From: an uncultured Gammaproteobacteria bacterium
Lineage (GTDB): Bacteria > Pseudomonadota > Gammaproteobacteria > CAWCPV01
Assembly (NCBI GenBank): GCA_963797555.1
Contig: CAWCPV010000005.1
Coordinates: forward strand, 192,001 to 256,000
Reading direction: 5' to 3'
DNA: 64,000 nt
Shown here: positions 54,574 through 64,000 of the stretch, in pieces
Layout of the letters: each line of letters begins with the position of its first letter
Position numbering within the stretch: position 1 is the stretch's first letter
Notes under the pieces: model-generated
The model's database searches: none
What the model was told of the DNA's origin: nothing
Seen by the model: the letters and a program-made list of their open reading frames with translations, nothing else
Translations under genes and position numbers: made by a program

Positions 54574-54574
54574 A

Positions 54575-55051
54575 ATGAAAGAGAATGTGATCGACGTGCT
54601 GATGTATCTGTTCGAGAATTACATGGACGACGAGACGGAGATGGACGGAAACCAAGAGGCCCTGAAGGCGGAGCTGGTGGCGGCGGGGTTCCCGGAGGCC
54701 GAGATCATCAAGGCCTTCTCGTGGCTCGAGGGTCTCGTGCAGGCTCAGGAGAACCGGTTGGAAACGTGTTCCGCGAGTCCCTCAATGCGGGTTTTTACGC
54801 GGCAGGAAGCTGCCCGACTGAACATCGAGTGTCGGGGATTCCTGGTGTTCCTGGAGCAAGTCGGGGTCCTCGACCAGGCGACCCGCGAGTTGGTTATCGA
54901 CCGGGTGATGGCACTGGAGGCCGAGGAGATCGATCTGGAGCAACTGAAATGGGTCATCCTTATGGTCTTGTTCAACCAGCCCGGGCAGGAAGCTGCGCTC
55001 GCATGGATGGAGGACTTGGTGTTCAATGAAGCGGCGCGCAACCTGCACTGA
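54575..55051 (+). CDS. smg: Smg (DUF494) protein
   Basis: DVLMYLFENY, RELVIDRVMAL, LKWVILMVLFN. Confidence 0.93.
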   Translation: MKENVIDVLMYLFENYMDDETEMDGNQEALKAELVAAGFPEAEIIKAFSWLEGLVQAQENRLETCSASPSMRVFTRQEAARLNIECRGFLVFLEQVGVLDQATRELVIDRVMALEAEEIDLEQLKWVILMVLFNQPGQEAALAWMEDLVFNEAARNLH

Positions 55052-55105
55052 TCGTGCTGCGCTGTTGATGTACGCCCTTCTCAGACGGGCTTGACGGTAA
55101 CCAAG

Positions 55106-57404
55106 ATGAGCAGGCAGTTGGTGGTTGTCGAGTCGCCGGCCAAGGCGCGCACCTTGAAGAAATATCTGGGGCATGACTATCAGGTCCTGGCCTCCTACGG
55201 ACACGTACGCGACCTTCTCCCAAAAGAGGGCGCGGTGGTTCCCGAGAACGACTTCAGGATGACGTACGAGCTCGATCGACAAGAACGCCAAGCATGTGGA
55301 CGCCATCGCCAAAGCGATGAAGGGCGCCGACGTGCTCTACCTTGCAACCGACCCGGACCGCGAGGGCGAAGCCATTTCATGGCACCTGCGCGAGGTCCTT
55401 GCTGAACGTCGGGTGCTGAAACAGAAGGATGTTTATCGCGTGGTGTTTCACGAGGTCACTCGCCGGGCTATCGAAGAGGCGGTCAAGCACCCGCGCAGCC
55501 TGTCCATGGATCTCGTGAATGCACAACAGGCGCGGCGAGCCCTGGACTACCTAGTGGGGTTCAATCTGTCGCCGTTGCTGTGGAAGAAAATCCGTCGGGG
55601 CCTGTCCGCGGGCCGGGTGCAGAGTCCGGCGCTACGCATGATCGTGGAGCGGGAGGAGGAGATCGAGGCCTTCGTCCCTCAGGAGTATTGGACCATAGAG
55701 GCGGAGGTCGCCAAGCAGGGGCAGCCGTTCGGCGCGCGGCTGATCCAGTATCGTGGCTCCAAGGTCGAGCAGTTCAGCATCGGTCGTAGCGACCAGGCCG
55801 AGGCCGCCATTGCGGAGCTCCGCTCGGTGGCTGACGGCAAGCTGCGCGTCGAGAAGGTGGAGCGGAAGCAGCGACGCCGTCAACCGCCTCCGCCCTTCAC
55901 CACTTCTACGTTGCAGCAGGAAGCCGCGCGCAAGCTCGGTTTCTCGGCTCAACGCACCATGCGCGTCGCCCAGCAGCTCTATGAGGGCGTGGACCTGGGC
56001 GGTGACCGGGTGGGCCTCATCACCTACATGCGGACGGACTCGGTGCATCTCGCTCAGGAAGCGATCGCCGAGATCCGAGGCTACGTCGCGGAACGCTATG
56101 GTCAGGGCAGCCTGCCGGAGCGGCCCCGAGCCTACAAGACGAAGTCGAAGAATGCTCAAGAGGCCCACGAGGCGATTCGCCCGACCTCTGCGTACCGCGA
56201 ACCCCAAACCGTCAGGACACAAGCGACCGCCGACCAGTTCAAGCTGTACGACCTGGTCTGGCGGCGTGCCGTCGCATGCCAGATGCTGCATGCCACCGTC
56301 GATACCGTCGGAGTCGACCTCGCATGCGGCTCGCCGGAGCACCTGTTCCGGGCCACTGGTTCCACGGTGGCCGATCCCGGCTACATAGCCGTTTACCAGG
56401 AAGGCCGAGACGACGCCAAGAACGACGAAGACAACGTGCCCCTGCCACTCCTCGCGCTCGGGGAGTCCGTGGACTTGCTGGACATCGCCGGGCACCAGCA
56501 CTTCACGGAGCCCCCGCCGCGCTATAGCGAGGCGACGCTGATCAAGACGCTCGAGGAATACGGTATCGGGCGGCCTTCCACCTATGCGGCCATCATATCC
56601 ACCCTGCTGCAGCGCGAGTATGCGGTGTTGGAAAAGCGTCGGTTCCGGCCGACGGACGTCGGACGGATCGTCAATCGCTTTCTTACCCAGCACTTCGCTC
56701 CGTACGTAGACTACGAGTTCACCGCGCGCTTGGAGGACGAGTTGGATGCGGTGTCGCGCGGCGAGAAACAGTGGGTCCCACTACTGCACGAGTTCTGGCA
56801 CCCGTTCAAGCAACTCGTGGATGCGAAGGAGGAAACGGTGAGTCGCAGGGACGTTACCCACGAGGCCCTCGATGAACCCTGCCCCAAGTGCGGTAGCCCG
56901 CTCTCCATTCGCCTCGGACGCCACGGTCGCTTCGTGGGCTGCACGGCCTACCCCGGGTGCGACTACACGCGCAACCTCGAGGACGAGAAGGCGCGAGCCG
57001 AGCCGGAGGTCGTGCAGGGGCGGGTATGTCCGCAATGCGGTGGCGAACTTTACGTCAAGCTGGGGCGCTACGGTCAATTCGTCGGATGCAGCAACTATCC
57101 GCGGTGCAAACACATCGAGCCCTTGGAGAGGCCGTCGGACACCGGAGTGCCGTGTCCTGAATGTCACGCGGGCACACTCCTCAAACGCCGGTCCAGGCGC
57201 GGCAAGGTCTTTTACTCTTGCTCCCGCTATCCCGCATGTGCCTATGCTGTTTGGAACGAGCCGGTCGCCCGGCCGTGCCCCAGATGTGCCTGGCCGATCT
57301 TGACCGTCAAGACGACCAAGCGTCGCGGCACCGAGCTCGCCTGCCCGCGGAAGCAGTGCGGCTACGTTCAGCCCTCGGACTTGCGAGTCGCTGCGGCCTC
57401 CTGA
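55106..57404 (+). CDS. topA: DNA topoisomerase I, +1 frameshift near 55274
   Basis: VVESPAKA, GHVRDL; then ATDPDREGE, SAGRVQS, ITYMRTDS, EAHEAIRPT and C-terminal zinc ribbons. Confidence 0.95.
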
Positions 57405-57523
57405 GGATCGGCGGGGCGGGCCGGTCCCGCCGTGCGGTACCCCCCGTATACGCGAATGGTGTGCGGAGCCATCTGCTCAATATGCTCTATGCCTGCCGAG
57501 CGGCGCCGCTGCTATAGCCGACC

Positions 57524-59019
<1,496 letters not shown>

Positions 59020-59074
59020 GCGAGCGGGGCGAGCCTCCGCCTCGAGATCCTGGGAGCAGGTGCGGAGATCGGGT

Positions 59075-59482
59075 GTGGCCGCGAGTGTGGGAGAGGACCG
59101 TGTCCGACTCGACAAGTGGCTTTGGGCGGCGCGTTTCTATAAGACACGGGAGCTGTCGGCGGAGGCCATTAGCGGCGGTAAGGTCCATTACAAGGGGCAG
59201 CGCGTGAAGCCGGGGCGTCTCGTGGAGGTGGGCGCCGAGGTCGCCATCCGCCAGGGGCCTGTGGAACGGGTCGTGGTCGTGCGTGGGTTGGCCCGGCAGC
59301 GGCGTCCCGCGTCAGAAGCGAGGTGTCTGTACGAGGAGACGCAGGAGAGTCGTTGCCGATGCGAGGCGCTGGCGCAGGCCTTGAAGGAGCGGCCGGCGGC
59401 TCCGGCCGCCGTGAAGGGGCGACCCACCAAGCGAGCCCGGCGGCGGCTTGAGCGCCTGTTTGACAAGGGATTCGGCGGCTGA
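59075..59482 (+). CDS. hslR: Ribosome-associated heat shock protein Hsp15 (S4 domain)
   Basis: RLDKWLWAARFYKTR, LYEET, GRPTKRARR. Confidence 0.93.
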   Translation: MAASVGEDRVRLDKWLWAARFYKTRELSAEAISGGKVHYKGQRVKPGRLVEVGAEVAIRQGPVERVVVVRGLARQRRPASEARCLYEETQESRCRCEALAQALKERPAAPAAVKGRPTKRARRRLERLFDKGFGG

Positions 59483-59830
59483 GCATCCTCGTTGCCGTTT
59501 GCTGGGTGACGGACAAAGCGTGGTATCATGCGCAACTTCCTGGCTGCGTCCTTGCGCTTAGAAAACTCCGTCGGGACATACCGCTTGTCGCCTGCTGCTT
59601 GCGGCCCTGGCGCGTTGACGCGGCTACAGCAGTACTTGGGGGTGAACGGTCGCCCCGTTATGCAGGGGCCCCCACGAAGCATCGTGGTCGGGTCTGCCAG
59701 ACCACTTCGCCCCATTATTCGGAGGACCACTTCACGCTGCCCAAGACGGCACTTGCCGGGCCGAGCGAGGGTTTCCCATTGGGCATCGGAACTTGGGGTG
59801 AGTTGAGGCAACTTCGAGGGACGGAGCAGT

Positions 59831-60364
59831 ATGAAGCTTCCTATACAGATCACAGCGCGCAATGTCTCCCTTTCAGATGCAGCCAAGGGCCTGATCCGGG
59901 ACAAGGCGGAGAAGCTGGATTCCTTTTACAGCCACGTCATGGGGTGCCGTGTAGTGGTGGAGGCTCCGCACCGACACCAGAACAAGGGCATCCTGTATAA
60001 CGTGCGCGTGGACATGACCGTTCCGGGCGGCGAGCTCGTGGTCAAGCGCGAGCCCCATGAGGATCTCTACGTGGCTATTCGCGACGCATTCGATGCTGCG
60101 CGGCGCCAGCTCCTAGAGTTTGCACGGCGCCAACGCCGCGAGGTCAAGCTCCACGAGGCAGCGCCGGAAGCGCGCGTCAGCAAGCTGTTCCCCGAGGAGG
60201 GGTACGGTTTTCTGGAGACGACGGACGGGCGAGAGATCTATTTCCATCGCAACAGCGTCGTCAACGGTGAGTTTCAGAGCTTGCACGTTGGAACAGCGGT
60301 GCGCTTCGTCGAAGAGCAAGGTGTGGAGGGCCCGCAGGCAAGCGCCGTGAACATCGTCGCCTGA
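59831..60364 (+). CDS. HPF/RaiA family protein with C-terminal cold-shock domain
   Basis: LQITARN-like start, [12 protein letters not shown]; then [21 protein letters not shown]. Confidence 0.9.
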   Translation: MKLPIQITARNVSLSDAAKGLIRDKAEKLDSFYSHVMGCRVVVEAPHRHQNKGILYNVRVDMTVPGGELVVKREPHEDLYVAIRDAFDAARRQLLEFARRQRREVKLHEAAPEARVSKLFPEEGYGFLETTDGREIYFHRNSVVNGEFQSLHVGTAVRFVEEQGVEGPQASAVNIVA

Positions 60365-60424
60365 ACCATGCGCCATGTCCTTGGCCGGGGCGTTGTTGTG
60401 CCTCCAGACTGAAAGTATGCAGCG

Positions 60425-62318
60425 ATGTGGTATCAGGACGCGTTCGAACGTCATCGTGGTGGGTGGCGGCCATGCCGGGACCGAGGCCGCCCTCGCGGCC
60501 GCACGCATGGGCGTCCGCACCCTGCTGCTGACGCACAATTTCGAGACCTTGGGCCAGATGAGCTGTAATCCCGCCATCGGCGGGATTGGCAAGGGCCACT
60601 TGGTCAAGGAGATAGATGCTCTCGGTGGCTTGATGGGGCAGGCCGCCGACCGAGCCGGGATCCACTTCCGTGTACTGAACGCCAGCAAGGGACCAGCGGT
60701 GCGCGCAACCCGCGCACAGGCCGACCGCCAACGGTACAAGGCCGCTGTGCGGGACGCTCTGGAGCGGCAGCCCCGGCTATCGTTGTTTCAGCAGGCTGTG
60801 GATGATCTTGTGGTGGAGAACGGCCGAGTGAGGGGTGTCGTGACCCAGATCGGGCTGTGCTTCCAGGCGCCCTGTGTGGTCCTCACAGTGGGGACGTTCT
60901 TGGGTGGCCGACTACATGTAGGCCTCAATCACCATCCGGGTGGGCGTGCGGGCGACCCGGCCTCGAACATGCTGGCAAAGCGGCTGAGGGACTTGCCTTT
61001 CCGGGCGGGTCGCCTGAAGACGGGGACGCCGCCGAGGCTGGACGGGCGCGCCATCGATTACTCCAGCGTGGCCATGCAGCCGGCTGACGCACCCGCTCCG
61101 GTTTTCTCGTTCCTGGGGCGTACTGAGGACCATCCCCGGCAGGTCCCTTGCCACATCACCCGCACAACCTCCCGCACCCACGACATCATCCGCCGTGCCC
61201 TGGACCGATCACCCCTGTACACCGGTGCTATCGAGGGCGTGGGTCCCCGCTACTGTCCGTCTATCGAGGACAAGGTAGTGCGCTTCTCGGAGAAGGGCTC
61301 ACACCAAGTTTTTCTCGAGCCCGAAGGTCTGCACACCACGGAGGTGTATCCGAACGGCATTTCCACAAGTCTGCCGTTCGATGTGCAACAGGCGGCCGTG
61401 CACTCCATCCCGGGTCTCGAACGCACCCCCATCACGCGGCCGGGTTACGCTATCGAGTATGATTACTTCGATCCTCGGGACCTGCACCCGTGGCTCGAGA
61501 CGAAGTACGTTTCGGGTCTATTCTTCGCAGGACAGATCAACGGCACCACCGGTTACGAGGAGGCTGCCGCGCAGGGCCTGATGGGCGGGGCGAATGCCGC
61601 GCTTCGCGTCCAGGAGCGGGAACCGTGGTGGCTGCGTCGCGATGAGGCTTATATCGGGGTCCTCATCGACGACCTGGTGACCCAGGGTACGACCGAACCT
61701 TACCGGATGTTTACCAGCCGAGCCGAATATCGGCTTCTGCTACGGGAGGACAATGCCGACCTCCGGGTCACCCCGTTGGGGCGACGCCTTGGTCTCGTTG
61801 ATGACGAGCGCTGGCGGGTGCTCGAACGCAAGCAGGAGGCGGTCGAGCGTGAGCAGCGGCGTCTGCGGGATATTTGCATACGGCCCGATACCGACGCCGC
61901 ACGGGCAGTGGCGACCACGCTCGGTGTGCCGGTCGCTCGCGAGACGACGCTATTCGAGCTGTTGCGCCGACCGGGAGTCGGGTACCGTTCGTTGCTATCC
62001 GCCGCCTCGGCCGAGTCGGCCGCCTGCGAGCCAGAGGTGGCGCAGCAGGTGGAGATTCAGGCCAAATACACCGGTTACATCGAGAGGCAACACGCCGAGG
62101 TCCGGCGCCAGCGGCGTAACGACGAGACTCCGTTACCCGTGGACTTCGATTACCAGGCTGTCCGCGGACTGTCGACGGAAGCGCGTGAGAAGCTGGCCGC
62201 GATCCGGCCGGTCACGGTGGGACAGGCGGCGCGCATCCCCGGCGTCACCCCCGCCGCGGTCTCACTGTTGCTCGTGCACTTGAGAAAGCATTCCCATGGC
62301 TGGCGACAATCGGCATGA
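60425..62318 (+). CDS. mnmG: tRNA uridine modification enzyme MnmG; probable +1 insertion near 60448
   Basis: [40 protein letters not shown]; ATG 60425 gives MWYQDAFDVIVV if one A is removed. Confidence 0.95.
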
Positions 62319-62964
62319 GCGCCAGGGCCTGCAGCGACAACTCGGCGATGGGCTCGCCGACCTGGGAGTCGTCCTGGATCGCGAGACCCAGGATCGACTT
62401 CTGGCATTCCTGGAACTCCTGCGGCGGTGGAGTAGAGTCTATAATCTGACCGCAGTGACCAACCCCCGCGAGATGCTCGTCCGGCATGTGTTGGACAGCC
62501 TCTCCATCGCGGCTGACCTGCAGGGACCGCGCATCCTGGACGTCGGCACGGGCGCGGGTCTGCCGGGAATTCCCTTGTCGCTGGCATGTCCGGAGTCGGA
62601 GTTTATTCTTCTGGACAGCAGCGGGAAGAAGGTGAGGTTCGTGACGCAAGCGGTGGCGGAGCTCTGCCTGCGCAACGTTGCCGTGGCGCATGCACGTGTG
62701 GAGGAATACCGCGTACCCCCCGTGGACACCATAGTTGTGCGCGCCTTTTCGAGCCTGTCCGAGCTGCTGCCCCGCGTCGCACACTTGACCCACCGGCGCA
62801 CCCAGTTGCTGGCGATGAAAGGCCGTTTTCCGGACGAGGAACTGGCCGCATTGCCCTGCGGGTTCGTGGTCGACGGAGTCCGCCGGGTCCGTGTGCCTGG
62901 CCTCCTCGCGCAAAGACACGTGGTGCGCTTGAGCGCGGGGCGGGATCGGGCGACCGGCCCATGA
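62296..62964 (+). CDS. rsmG: 16S rRNA m7G527 methyltransferase
   Basis: [31 protein letters not shown]. Confidence 0.96.
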   Translation: MAGDNRHERQGLQRQLGDGLADLGVVLDRETQDRLLAFLELLRRWSRVYNLTAVTNPREMLVRHVLDSLSIAADLQGPRILDVGTGAGLPGIPLSLACPESEFILLDSSGKKVRFVTQAVAELCLRNVAVAHARVEEYRVPPVDTIVVRAFSSLSELLPRVAHLTHRRTQLLAMKGRFPDEELAALPCGFVVDGVRRVRVPGLLAQRHVVRLSAGRDRATGP

Positions 62965-63788
62965 CGCGCACCATCGCCATCGCCAATCAGAAGGGTGGCG
63001 TAGGGAAGACCACCACCGGCATCAATCTCGCGGCCTCCATTGCCGCGTTCCACCGCCGCGTGCTGCTGGTCGACTTGGACCCCCAGGGGAACGCGACCAT
63101 GGGCAGTGGCGTGGACAAACACCGCCTGCAGCACAGCAGCTACGACGTGCTGATCAAGGGGCTGCCGGTCGCCGAGGCCACCGTGACAGCCTTACATGCT
63201 GGTTATTGTCTGGTACCGGCAAACGGCGACCTGATCGCCGCAGACGTGGAACTGCTCCAACTGGACCAGGGGGAACACCGCCTGCGGCTGGCTCTTGAGC
63301 GCGTGAGCGGGGACTATGACTTCGTCCTTGTGGACTGCCCGCCGGCGCTCAATATGTTGACCGTCAATGCGCTGGTGGCGGCGCGCGGGGTAATCATCCC
63401 CGTCCAGTGCGAATACTATGCTCTGGAAGGCTTGACCTCACTGCTGGACAGCGTCGAGACTGTGCGTGCGACGCTGAACCCTCAGCTCGAAGTGCAGGGG
63501 CTGCTGCGTACCATGTATGACGTTCGGAATAGCCTGGCGGATCAGGTCTCGGCGCAACTGTTGGAGCACTTCGAGAGCAAGGTCTACCGCACCTTGATAC
63601 CGCGCAACGTGCGCTTGGCCGAGGCCCCCAGCCATGGCATGCCGGTTCTGCTGTACGATCGAACCTCGCGCGGCGCGCAGGCGTATCTCGCCCTGGCTGG
63701 GGAGCTTTTGCACCAGGATACACGGGCCCGCGTGGCAGGGTTGTTGAACAACGTGAGCCACGGACCGGCCGCGGTGGCTGGGAGCTGA
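62961..63788 (+). CDS. parA: Chromosome partitioning ATPase ParA
   Basis: NQKGGVGKTT, DLDPQGNAT, DCPP, QCEYYALEGL, RLAEAPSHG. Confidence 0.97.
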   Translation: MTRTIAIANQKGGVGKTTTGINLAASIAAFHRRVLLVDLDPQGNATMGSGVDKHRLQHSSYDVLIKGLPVAEATVTALHAGYCLVPANGDLIAADVELLQLDQGEHRLRLALERVSGDYDFVLVDCPPALNMLTVNALVAARGVIIPVQCEYYALEGLTSLLDSVETVRATLNPQLEVQGLLRTMYDVRNSLADQVSAQLLEHFESKVYRTLIPRNVRLAEAPSHGMPVLLYDRTSRGAQAYLALAGELLHQDTRARVAGLLNNVSHGPAAVAGS

Positions 63789-63799
63789 GGCGCCACGCC

Positions 63800-64000
63800 A
63801 TGGCGGTCAGGAAGCATGGGCTCGGCCGAGGACTGGATGCTCTGTTGGGGGCCGCGGCGCGGGCTCAGGCCCCGGAAGCCTCCGCCGGGGAGGTACACGC
63901 GCTGCCGGTGCACAAGATTCGGCGCGGGCGCTTTCAACCGCGGGTCGACATCTCGGCACAGAGCCTCCAAGAGCTGGCCGACTCGATACGTGCTCAAGGT
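63800..64000 (+). CDS. parB: ParB partition protein (partial)
   Basis: MAVRKHGLGRGLDALL...FQPR...LQELADSIRAQG. Confidence 0.93.
   Translation, partial: MAVRKHGLGRGLDALLGAAARAQAPEASAGEVHALPVHKIRRGRFQPRVDISAQSLQELADSIRAQG

Noticed and set aside
55444-55459. parS half-site TGTTTCACG in topA
   Set aside because: Second half is not palindromic and it lies in coding sequence.
59483-59830. 350-nt gap before the HPF-CSD gene as a possible riboswitch or sRNA
   Set aside because: No recognisable motif or convincing structure by eye.

Overview
High-GC gammaproteobacterial chromosome segment near the replication origin. It carries rpmH-rnpA-yidD-yidC-mnmE at the left, mnmG-rsmG-parA-parB at the right, and a parS-like palindrome at 7435. 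The right half is mostly housekeeping genes: mpl, ubiA/ubiC, ridA-spoT-rpoZ-gmk-yicC, rph-rdgB, trkA-ntrX-ntrY-rsmB-fmt-def, lysM-dprA-smg-topA-tsaC-hemF. The stretch from about 9.9 to 34.4 kb is dense with mobile DNA: IS630, ISNCY, IS3 (x2), ISAzo13, IS21, IS1634, IS110, a palindromic MITE, and parts of about five group II intron families. This debris surrounds a sigma32 heat-shock cluster and a few lipid/redox genes. The most striking signal is introns parasitising introns. Two related class D-like introns (5' ends at 15150 and 29167) sit one nucleotide after the YxDD catalytic codons of two different host-intron RT genes, and their EBS1 loops covary with those Asp-Asp codons. A third intron 5' end is joined directly after domain V of an ORF-less IIC-like intron. 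Nested introns have precedent (Methanosarcina), so novelty needs checking. Seven cellular genes, including def and topA, each carry a single +1 insertion, most likely sequencing error. All calls come from reading the sequence; no searches or folding were run.
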